Shown in pieces: positions 42,435-55,600 of a stretch of 64,000 nucleotides of DNA. Source of the stretch: Chrysomallon squamiferum (Eukaryota > Animalia > Mollusca); NCBI GenBank assembly GCA_012295275.1, contig CM022671.1:372001-436000 (forward strand), given 5' to 3'. Below the pieces are notes generated by a model. The model saw only the letters and a program-made list of their open reading frames with translations, searched no databases and was not told the origin of the DNA. Numbering within the stretch: the first letter of the stretch is position 1; the number at the start of each line of letters is the position of its first letter. Both the position numbers and the translations under genes were made by a program.

Positions 42435-42910
42435 TGGTAATGTACTAAAATCTGAATTCTTCCAGTTAACTGAAACCCACAACGGTTCACTCTTCATGTG
42501 AACATACTGAAATGTGACATTTATTATGAATTATATACACCCGTCCACTCTTCTTAGGCACCAAGTCAGTTTATCAATGTACTGAATTCTGATATTTTTT
42601 TTCAATGAACTGAAAACGTACAAGGTTCCACTATTTCTAGACATTACATTAGTTTGTGAATGTGCTGAAATCTGACAGTTCTCCCAGTGTACTGAAAACG
42701 TACAACCTTCTAGTCTTCATAGACATTACGTCAGTTTGTGAATATACTGGGATTTCTTCCAAAATGCACGACCTTCCATTCTTCGTAGATCCTGCTTTCA
42801 TTTGTGAATTGTACTGAAATATGACATTTCTTCCTGAACGTACAACCTTCCACTCTCCACAGACCCTGCGTCATTTCGCGAATTGTACTGAAATTTGACG
42901 TTTCTTCCAG
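42435..42910. repeat. Old degenerate tandem repeat, about 65-85-bp units (TGTGAA..GTACTGAAAT.TGACATTTCTTCC...CGTACAACCTTCCACTCTTC)
   Basis: Six to seven diverged collinear copies visible by eye. Confidence 0.7.
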
Positions 42911-43395
42911 TATGTTCCTTTCGCTCGTTTCGGCAGCTGCGAACTGAAGAGTGGTCGGCCATGCTGAAGTCTGGGCTTTGTATCTCGCGTTGAAAGCTCT
43001 TGTCACTCACAAGTAAATGGCTAGTTTATTTAAAGCAGCAGATATCAGCAAAAATTGCAAAAGTGTTGTCTGTGTCTGTATAAATCTAATTTTATACGTC
43101 TAAACATTCGCTGATTTTTGTACCGTTTGTTTTCTTATTTGTGATTTTCATTTGATGGGAATGCTAATGTTGTTGCTGTTGTTGTTCTTATGATGATGAT
43201 ATTGATGGAGATGACTGTAATGATGATGATGATGATAATGATGATGATGATTATTATTATTATTATTACAAACAACAGCAACTAACTGATGGATGCTTCT
43301 TTCTTTCTTTGTAATCTGTGTAACGAAAGTTAATTTATCATCACATTTTACTACAACGCGATGACATAGCCTTTTAAGAAATCCTACATCACTAT

Positions 43396-43430
<35 letters not shown>

Positions 43431-44281
43431 TTTGTTTCTTTGTTTCTTTCTTTGATTATTTATTTTTGTATCTTTATTATTATTCGATTAGTTGAAACGT
43501 TTTTAGAAGAATGTTTGTGCATTTATCGTTAATTAACTGAATTTTCGGGTGATACATACGTAAAACGAAATAATAATTATAGGCTGAAGCAGTGTAAGTA
43601 ATCCGTTCACATCGTTTCAGTGAACAAAGATGACAGTGGGCTAGCAGACATTTCGCTATTTAATGAGAATATGAACCCTCCAATACAAATGTCCCAGACA
43701 CGAAAACTGAAAAAACAAACCAGACGGCACTGAAAAACAAAAAACTAAACGAAAAACACAACCTCTGAAATTTGCTGTAACAATCTGAAAACTGATACAT
43801 TTAAGGCGTTGGCTGTTCTGTTGTTATTACAAGTACTCTTCATGCACGTGCGAAGTAAGTACGAAACACAACACCGCGAAACCCGATCACCAGAAATACA
43901 TCGTATGTATTTCCGTGGAATCCATATTCTCGAACTGTATGCCAATATTTCTGATGGGGTCCGCATTAGAGGCATCCACTGTGCACTGTGGCAAAAAAAC
44001 GGCTGGCATTTCTCTATAGCCCGCTTGTTGCCTGGATGTCTGGGCAGCAGCTATCACACAGGTATTAGCCAAAGAGCAAAGCGAAAAGAAAATCTTATGT
44101 TGATACGATCTTAATCAATAGTGCGTTGAAAATTAACGAAAGTGTTCTTGCTAAGATATCGAGTTTATATAGCCAGCGGTAGGGATATAATTGCTTTTGT
44201 CATAACAACAAACAAGAAGGTCTTAAGGAGATTGGTGCGAAGTTCAATAAACACACGTGCATGCGGTTAGTAGAATACTCT

Positions 44282-44318
<37 letters not shown>

Positions 44319-45295
44319 CTTAAGGCGGAGTGTAGACATGTCAGTATGTGTAAGGCATATTATTATAATTTCTATTTAATTTCATTTTATTTATTTATTT
44401 ATTTATTTATTCATTCATTTTATTCAATCATTTATTCATTTTTTTAATTATTATTTATTTATTTATGATCTTCATTACTCCATCGATCGATTAATTAATT
44501 GATTGATTGATTGATTGACTGACTGATTTTGTATTTGAGTCTGTTCAGAATTCTGCATTCTACTGAAAGCCGGTGTACAGACACTGACAAAGTTCACACT
44601 GGGGGATTCCTATTCAAAGACAAAAATTATGTGCCAAAATTTCTTTGACAATCGAAGGGAATTTTGTTACTCGTATAGACTTTACAAAACGAGGTCTTTT
44701 GTTCTGTTCCCGTGAATATTGTCAGTTTGTTGAAAATCTGTTTAAAATAAGATATTAATTATCTAATTCAGATCGAGGTAAAGGTAACGTAGTTTTGGTC
44801 ACGTTAATCTGACTTTTATGACACCTGTGGGTTTTGGTTTGTTAAATGAAATACGTACTAATAAATATATTTTATCTTAAAAATGTTTCGATTCTAATTA
44901 GAATATATTTACTTGTATTTAAGTTTCTGTTCTGGAAAACCTATTTGACAAGTGTAAGTGTTGTTGTTGGTATTGTAGCAGTTGTTGCAGCAGCCACAGC
45001 AGTAGTAGTGGCAGCAGGTAATAACAGTACTAGTTGTTGGTGTTGGTGGTGTTGTTCTAGTGTTTTAGTTGTTACTGCTGCTGTTACTGCTAGTGATGCT
45101 ACGTTCCCAGGGATTTTTTGCCGATGTTTTCCTCAGTAATGGGATTAGAAATGTTGCCAATTAGCAAGTTTTAAAATAAATAAGTAAATAATTACCCTGC
45201 ACCGCCTACGTGATTTATCTTTCTTGCAGCATTTGGCGCGAACGACGACTATTTCAGTTCATCTTACTACGATTTTTTTTTTAAGTTTTTATTTT

Positions 45296-45301
45296 TATTA
45301 C

Positions 45302-45393
<92 letters not shown>

Positions 45394-47288
45394 TATTATT
45401 ATTATTATTATTTATTATTATTATTATTATTTATTATTATTATTATTATTATACTGACTGAAGTCTCAACGTACTAAATTAGAGGTTTTAATTCGTAAGA
45501 AAAATCTCTACAAGAAGATAGAAAAATGCTGTTAGTTAAATATAATCCAGTAAGATTTTCACTTAAACTTGTTTTTTTTGAGTCTGGCTCGTTTGTGTGA
45601 TGAGTGACTTTATCCTTTCGTTTAGACATTCAGTGTAGCTTACAGAATGAAGGAACAAACTGGTAAAGTTAAAATAAATATTCCATTAGTTTTGACATGT
45701 ATATAATAAAAGATAAGAAAATTTGATTTTAATTAAAAAATATATTAATAAAATTTATTAAAAAATTACAAATTTAAAAAATGTAAAAAACAATTTTTTT
45801 TTTTACTTGGTAATTTCGAGCAGCACATTTTTGATGATAATTTGAAATTATCAGATGTTAAAATCAAAAACGTTTCTTTGGTAATTCGAAATTCTGGTAC
45901 ATAAAATTGTTTTTTATTTCATCATTAATTATGGAAATGAAGAAAAAAAAGGTTTGCTTTGTTATTTTTAAATTCTTTAACAAAATATTTATTTATTTGT
46001 TTGTTTGTTTGTTTGTAAGGAAATACTTTTGTCTGGTAATTTTCAGGCTAATAATTTGCCAGGGAGGAAAAACTGTAATTATTAAAAATTAAAGAAATTT
46101 GTGAAAATTGAAAAATTGTCTTTTCTTATTTTATTTCTCTGTATATTTATCTTTTATATATTATATCCGTCAGATTGCACAGTAATAGTAGTAGTAGTAG
46201 TAGTAGTAATAACAATAGTAATAGTAACAGTAATAGTAATAGTAATAGCTATAATAATAATAACTTTTAGTAGTAGTAGTAATAACAATAATAGTAATAG
46301 TAACAGTAATAGTAATAGCTATAATAACTTTTTAGTAGTAGCAGTAATAATAATAGTAATAGTAACAGTAATAGTAATATCTATAATAATAATAACTTTT
46401 AGTAGTAGTAGTAGTAATAATAATAGTAACAGTAATAGCTATAATAATAACTTTTTTGTTGTAATAATAATAACAGTAATAGTAATAGTAACAGTATCAG
46501 TAATAGTAATAGTAATAGCTATAATAATTAGTAATAGTAGTAGTAGTAGTAGTAGTAATAACAATAGTAATAGTAACAGTAATAGTAGTAGTAGTAGTAG
46601 TAATAACAATAGTAATAGTAACAGTAATAGTAATAGTAATAGCTATAATAATAATAACTTTTAGTAGTAGTAGTAATAATAATAATAGTAACAGTAATAA
46701 TAGTAATAGCTATAATAACTTTTTAGTAGTAGCAGTAATAATAATAGTAATAGTAACAGTAATAGTAATATCTATAATAATAATAACTTTTAGTAGTAGT
46801 AGTAGTAATAATAATAATAACAGTAACAGTAATAGCTATAATAATAACTTTTTTGTTGTAATAATAATAACAGTAATAGTAATAGTAACAGTATCAGTAA
46901 TAGTAATAGTAATAGCTATAATAATAATAACTTTTTAGTAGTAGTAATAATAATACTAATAGTAATAGTAAAAGTAATAGCTATAATAATAACTTTTAGT
47001 AGTAGTAGTAATAGTAACAGTAACAGTAATAGTAACAGTAATAGCTATAATAATAACTTTTTAGTAGTAGTAGTAATAGTAATAGAAAAGTAATAGCTAT
47101 ATTAATAACTTTTTAGTAGTAGTAGTAATAGTAATAGAAAAAGTAATAGCTATAATAATAACTTTTTAGCAGTAGTAGTAATAGTAATAGTAAAAGTAAT
47201 AGCTATAATAATAACTTTTTAGCAGTAGTAGTAATAGTAATAGTAACAGTAACAGTAATAGTAACAGTAATAGCTATAATAATAATAA
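45296..47288. repeat. (TTA)n tract (45296-45452) and a 1.1-kb compound (TAA/TAG/TAACAG)n array punctuated by GCTATAATAATAACTTTT (46180-47288)
   Basis: Direct read; explains ORF 46101-46664. Confidence 0.92.
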
Positions 47289-48114
47289 CTCTTCACAGTT
47301 TCTCAACGTATGTTGACCTATCACGATAAACCGAGAAGTACAAGTCAACAAAATATGTCGCTATGGTAACCGAAACCTTTGTTTGATAGGCGTGTTATCA
47401 AACAACACGTGCTCTGTAACAAAAAGGTTGCATAATACAAGCATCCAGTCGATCACTGCTGGCGATAAACAACTCGCACGAGACACCGTGCTTTCCCCGC
47501 GTCTCGTTTTCATCACCTGCACGTGCAGTTCGTCAAGGCGACCTTATCGCGTTAGTATGACGTCATAATAGGTATTATCGCATAACCATTAACGTTTGTA
47601 CTGCAAAAAGAACGTTTAATAAAACTGCTAGAAGGATAACACCTTGCACGGCAAACATTTCGACAAAACTCGCAATGTTTCGCTAAGTTCCGGTGTGAAA
47701 TAATATTGTATTCGTCTGATTCCGGAAAACCTAAGTGACTTCATACATAATAATGAATTCAGATTGTTTTGCAGAGACTTACTCGTAGCCTCAGAAAAAA
47801 ATTATTTATTTTATTTTATTTTATTTTATTTTATTTTTTTTTTCTTCTAAACTTTCTGATTGCATCTGAAGATAACAGGGCAACAATCCTAACCTCCCCA
47901 CAAAAGTTTTAAAAATACGCTTAATTAATAAATAAAATCGAAAAACATTTCCTGTTTTAAAGATTAACTTAGTACCCACTCTCTTACTCACTCTTACTCA
48001 CTCTTTCTCACTCCCTCCCTCTGCGCCTGAAAGAAACGGACACGAACAACATAAAACAGTTAATTTCAGGACGTTTACATCATTTCCTCCTTTAAACGTC
48101 TTCATTTTCTCATC

Positions 48115-48117
<3 letters not shown>

Positions 48118-48201
<84 letters not shown>

Positions 48202-48311
48202 TCATTCTGTCTTTCTACCCTCCTTCTGTCTTCCCTCTCCGTCCCTACCTCCATCCTCTTTTTCTTTCTCTGTGTTTGTGTGTGTGTTTGTGTGTATATG
48301 TGTGTGTGTGA

Positions 48312-48380
<69 letters not shown>
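48118..48380. repeat. (CT)n and (TG)n microsatellites
   Basis: Direct read. Confidence 0.93.
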
Positions 48381-48381
<1 letters not shown>

Positions 48382-48652
48382 CATAACAAGAAAAAGGTTG
48401 AACATAAACCCAACAGATATCACAACCGTTGAACATTTTTATTGGGAAAGCTCTTAAAGTCACTCGATTATTTTTTATTATTATTTCTGTTCAGATAGTG
48501 AAGTTTAGAGTGTTTATAGACTATCTGATACACAGACAACGTTTTTAAAAGATTTTAAAATAAACAAATAAAAAGACAAAAAACGAAATTTTGAAGTGTG
48601 AATGTCATTGTAGAAAAGAGATTAATTTTTTTAAACTTTATTTGTTTTTTTT

Positions 48653-48703
<51 letters not shown>

Positions 48704-49463
48704 TTATTTACATTTTAGTTAGTAACTGTAGCTTCAAATTAAGGTGAAGTTTTGTCTTTACGACAGGAAAAGTCTTGAATGAAACCCAACAGGAAGTCAG
48801 AATACTTTTACTCCTCCATTCAGGTCGTTTTTCCAAAATAAATGAATTAACAATAAAAAAAAAAAAAAAAATTCCCCCAGCTTTTCTGTGGGAAACACAA
48901 TCTGTTAATAAATAGCTCAGTTAATTGCACTCCATAATAACAACAACAACAATAGTAATAATAATAATAATAATTGTAATAATAAGAACAGGAACAATAA
49001 TAACTGTAATAAGAAACAAATCTGAAATTATAATTTAATAGCGTTTCTGCAGAATATATCAATTTTATTGTTATTTAATTATTTTATATTTACATAACTT
49101 TTTAACAGCCTTGCTAAGACTAACCTTGAGTTCAGTTAAAGAATTTTTTATATAAGAAACAAAAAAAGAGAAATGTCTAAAAGGAGAAATACTGAAGACC
49201 ACACACATTTTTCTTAGTTTATTACGAAACGCAGCCAAAAAATATATTTTGTTTTATTTTTTTTATTTTCGTACTTTTGCAACTAAAAAGGTTAGTGCTT
49301 CTGAATTTTATTTCATTATTATTTTAAATGTTAATATTAATATTATTATTTAAAAAACATTTTACAAAAAAAATATTTCGGAACTTTTATACTGGCACCA
49401 AAAAACATAGACATTAGTTTTATGTGTTTGGACTACTAAAATGGATAGACAGTGTTCTAAATC

Positions 49464-49550
<87 letters not shown>

Positions 49551-50510
49551 TTTTCTAGAAGAGGTAATGCGTCTGGTTTAACATAAAGCCCAGTATGAGT
49601 CTTACTGTCTATGAGAAGGTGCATAAAAAAGATTTCTTACCGCTACTCGAAAAATAGTGGCCCATTGTGTGATATCAGTGGATTTCATCTCATTACGTGT
49701 GCTATCATTAATCGTGTGTGTTATGACGTAAAGAGTATATTATACGTATTTCGAGTTCGAGTGTTGAATTCAGTCAGAATTTCTATCTTTTATTTTCCAA
49801 ATCGAGCTGACGGCTGTGTACAAATTACTGCTGATGTATAAAGGTGCTGTATCAGTCTTGTACGAGAAACTGCGAAATTAATGTTGGAAAGAGTTAAAAT
49901 ACTTGTTTTTGTAAACGAAAAAACGTAAGGGAAAAAGTGTTGTTGATTAGTGTGTTGTGCAGAAGCAGAACACGAAAATAAACTTGTCCCATCTTGTTTA
50001 AGAAAAGTTTTGTTTTTACCTTAAAATAAAAGGTAACCATGCAAACTGAGCTGCAACTCTACCACAAACATATATAAATATGTCATTAGAAAATATGTAT
50101 ATGTATATGTATGTATGTTCATATATATCGGTATATCAGCAGTCATGATTCAATATAAAATAAATTTAGTAAAGTTTATCTTTGGTTAGTTCAGTGTAAA
50201 TATTCTTTCTTTTTAGTTTTAAATTTGTTACGTATTTAAGTAAATGAGTTTCTAATTATTCCGTTCACTCAGACTTTGAGAAATTCTGGCTTGTAATCAG
50301 TTAGGACTACTTAAACTTGCAGTATTTTCATAAACAAATGTTCACCATTTATAAACATTTAATGGTTTGCAGATAATCTTATCAGGGTGATAACGCTGAT
50401 AATTTTTATTTAAAATTAAGTATGTTTTTATATTTTCTAATTATTCGATTGGCACAGACAGTTTTTATGGCAAATGAAGGGTGACATTTGTAGTAACAGC
50501 AGCAGCAGGA

Positions 50511-51087
50511 TAGTAATAACAGTAGCACTGGTAATAACAGTAGTACTAGTAATAACAGTAGCACTGGTAATAACAGTATCACTAGTAATAACAGTAGCAC
50601 TGGTAATAACAGTATCACTAGTAATAACAGTAGCACTAGTAATAACAGTATCACTAGTAATAACAGTAGCACTGGTAATAACAGTATCACTAGTAATAAC
50701 AGTAGCACTGGTAATAACAGTAGCACTAGTAATAACAGTAGCACTGGTAATAACAGTAGCACTAGTAATAACAGTATCACTAGTAATTACAGTAGCACTA
50801 GTAATAACAGTAGCACTGGTAATAACAGTAGCACTAGTAATAACAGTATCACTAGTAATAACAGTATCATTAGTAATAACAGTAGCACTGGTAATAACAG
50901 TATCATTAGTAATAACAGTAGCACTGGTAATAACAGTATCACTGGTAATAACAGTAGCACTGGTAATAACAGTAGCACTGGTAATAACAGTATCACTAGT
51001 AATAACAGTAGCACTAGTAATAACAGTATCACTAGTAATAACAGTAGCAGTAGTAATAACAGTAGCACTAGTAATAACAGTAGTAGT
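50511..51087. repeat. 18-bp minisatellite, about 32 copies (GTAATAACAGTAKCACTR)
   Basis: Direct read; the in-frame unit produces the spurious VITVAL/VITVSL ORF. Confidence 0.95.
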
Positions 51088-51196
51088 AGAGTAGGAGACA
51101 AGAAGGAGTAGTTTTAGTAGTTACAGTACTGTACTAGTAATACTGTTATTAGCAGTAGCAGTAGTAGGAGCAGCAGTAGATAGTGTTGTAGTAGTA

Positions 51197-52122
<926 letters not shown>

Positions 52123-52655
52123 TGTTATTATCGTTTTTATTTTTCTTCTTTTTATCATTGGGCGGGTTAGTTTCTTTCTTTTTTACTAAAAAATACTGGA
52201 GCTGATTTAACAAGTTTATTGACATGAAGGCTTTATCGAACTGGAATTCTAAAAATAAAAGTATGTAGTTTAATGTATAATATTAGACAGAGAGAGAGAG
52301 AGGTTACTTAATAGCCTATCTGTGGCTTTGTTACAAGTAAGTATTGGCCATATTTCTTCTTTTTTTTCTTCCATTATTCTTTTAATTCGTCAGAGAACCA
52401 AGACAACCCTTCAGTATGATGATGACGATGATTACGATGAAGACGGTGATCACCATGATGATGTAGATGATGAAATGTTAATGATGATGATTATCACCAT
52501 GAGACTGTCACAGGTATAATAAATGATAAGTACAGGTAATCTACGAAAGCCTGTCAGAATCAATTCTTCATTCAGTCTGTCTTTCCTCCGCTGTTCAGTC
52601 TAAATAAAACAAGACGTCAGTAAAAACGTAAAAGAAGCTGATGCAATCTACTTAC

Positions 52656-55600
52656 CTATCGTCGTCATCACTGTGATGGCGTAGAGCAAGGAACTGGCGA
52701 ACGACCACTGCTGCTCGGGGACGTCCGCCTGTGCGTCCTTTCCGTCCCACCCGTGTTCTTTCGTAGCCACGAATATTCTCTCCTGAAAAGTCTGCAGTTC
52801 TTTTCTTACTCTGGCAGTAAAATTGTCTCTACTAATATCCGTCATCTGAAGCGCCACAGCCTCCTGGAGGAGCTTCGTCACCACGTCATCCTTGTTCTGT
52901 TTAATGGAGTTTTTAGTCTGCTCTTCAAATGGACCTTCTATGGCCTTGAAGATGAAGCCTCCCATGATGGTGTAGGCTACAACCAAGCTGCACAGGCCGA
53001 TGTGAGAAAAGAGGAAGGCGGTGAAACGTTTACAACAGTGGAGGCACTTTTTCCGCTTCTCTCTCATGGTGCTGTTTCGTCTCGTTGACGAGCTGGGGCG
53101 GAACGGGGGCAGCGGTTCTTCACTCTGGACAGGCTCGTCTGAGGGGATCGTTTCAAATCTGAGCTTTTTCCGAGGAATCTCGATGCTCATCTCAGGCTCG
53201 ATAATTTCGTCATCTAGAATATCTGTCTCCTTTATCTCAGCAAGTTTCTGCAAGTTTATCTCGTTCTCTATCGTAAATATGTCGTACGGAATATCAGCAT
53301 CGTGCACTTGCTCATTTTTGTCTTCTTCTTCTTCTTTTTGCTTCTTTCTCTTGGCTAGTTTGGACTTGAGTAAGACTATTGCAGCAAACGACAATTTCTT
53401 TGGTTTCGGCAGAGGAATGTCCTTGTGTTCCTCCTCCTTTTCTTTGTCTGTTGCTTGTTCTGCTGGAGATTCGCAGCTAAGTACTTCAGACTTCGAATCT
53501 GGCGATGTTTTGTCGTCAGCAGGAGCCTGATCTATGCGGCTGGTTTCTTTAGGAACGTTGGACACGAGTATCTCCTCCTTAGCCGGACACTCGTGAACAA
53601 TCAAAGGAATTTGTTTCGCTTTCTTATTCTTCTTGTTATTCTTTTTTAACTTTGACATTTTCTTGGATGTTTTGGGGGAAATTTCTGTATCTGAGGTTTG
53701 AGTAGTTTTATCACACATCTCAACAATTTTAACAAGTTTGTAACCTTCTGGCTCCTTGACTGGAGCTTCATCTTCTTTCTCCTTTTCTCTACGAAACGAT
53801 CTTCCCCTGTATATCTTCTTTTGTGAATCGCGTCCTTTTCTTTCTATCGTTCTCCCGCGATCCGAGCTTTCACTAGCTGCTTCAGAATCTGTGGCTCTGT
53901 CAGGAGAAAGAGTTTGTCTATCTGGTGATAGTGTCTGCCTGTCTGGTGATAGTGTCTGCCTGTCTGGTGATAAAGTTAATCTGTCTAGTGATATTTTTTG
54001 TCCAGTAGTTAACACTGATTGTTTGTCTTGGCCTTTATTTTGTTTACTATCAATATCTTGTTGACTCCTCGATTCACTCGATAGCAATTTGTCATCTTGT
54101 AAAGTTGATTCTTTATTCTCAAAGCTTGGTTTTCGTTTTGGAGAGAAAGTTCTTCTGTATATCTGTTGTACACTTGTACCCATAACTGGCACAGTTTTCG
54201 TTTCGACATCAGTAACGTCATGACGAACCTCTCCAGCAGGTTCACTGCTGGCTGAGTTACTCCTGCGACACGTTCTCGACAAACTCTTCTTCTTTGCACC
54301 AACACTAAAAGATCTGCCCACTCGAGGAGCAGTGAGAAACTGTCTGTTGTTTTGTGATTGTTCTTCTTTGTTGTTGTTTTCTGAAGAAGTACAAGGTACC
54401 GCTTCTTTTTTAATGTCATCTTTTGTGTGCTGATTTGTGTCTGAAATAATTATATCTGGAGACGATTTTACATTTCTAAATTCATTAAGTTTTAATTCGT
54501 TACTTCCTTTAGATTTCTGTATACCAGTATCCTTAGATTTCGATTCACTAGTCCTTTTAAGTTTTTGTTCACTACTTGATTTTAAGTCACTACTATCTTT
54601 AGATATCAAGTTACGATTGTCTTTTGATATCTCTTGACCATTTTCTTTAGATTTCAAATCACTAGTCACTTTTGGTTTCAAGTCTTTACCATCTTTGCGC
54701 TTTAAGTTTAATTCGCTGCTTTCTTTAAGCTTTAGTGAATTTCCAGCAGGACTTTCTACAACCTCTATGAGTTTTCTCCAAGGGGACAAGTCTCTGGGAG
54801 TCTGGTTCCAGGGCGAAGGCGACAAGTCTCTGGGTTTCGGAATAGTTGGAGATGCGTCTCTAGCGGACGCTATTTTGGCTATATTGAAAGGACAAAAGGG
54901 AGATAAGTCACGCACTTGCATTCGAGCCATCGAAGACGTCGAATAGGACGGAAGAGAGCGACTCAGTTCGAGGAATTTCGAAAGAGTTTCTTTTCTTCGC
55001 TTGGCCTTCACGTCTTCTATGGCCATCTTCCACCTGCTTGCTGCTCGGGATCTCGAATGTTTTTCAGTTATCACAGGAGAGTGAGAAGTGGCGGAGCTTT
55101 GAGGCGAGGACAGCGGTTCTGTGTGAGGTTTGTCTGATGAAGAAGGATGCTGTGGTTTTAACTGCTCTTTTGAATGATCACTCTGAGGCTCTCCGCTGTC
55201 ACTCGTGTGCACCATCGCACTGTGTGACGTCACAACGGAGCTCGCTGGAGGTTTGGACGGTTTTGAAGTTTTTAAAATGCTCGCGGGTTTCACCTGCTGT
55301 GGCAATGCATGTGAAGCGTGTGTTTCAATACTGACCGGGTCTTTGGAAGAGGAGGTTTTCAAACCGATGTTTTTAACTCTAAGAGATTCTCTTTCGTTCC
55401 TTTTCAGTTTCTGCCTAGGCAGACTGGCGCTTCCTCGAACATTGAAATTGTTTGTTAGTATTTGGTTGTTGGTTCTAGCCTCGTCGTCGAGTCCGGCGCT
55501 GCTGACGTCGGGCAGGGAGCTTCCTGTCGTCCGCTCTTCTATTTCTATCTGTCTCTCCAGCACTGACAGTCTCTGGCGTGACCCGGATGTGTAACGTCGG

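Noticed and set aside
42731-44114. Short complex-sequence ORFs (42731-43006, 43809-44114) as nested genes or transposon fragments
   Set aside because: No recognisable domain motifs; the first overlaps a degenerate tandem repeat.
50406-51101. 206-aa VITVAL-repeat ORF and antisense poly-Leu ORFs
   Set aside because: In-frame 18-bp tandem repeat inside the intron; no splice or domain evidence.
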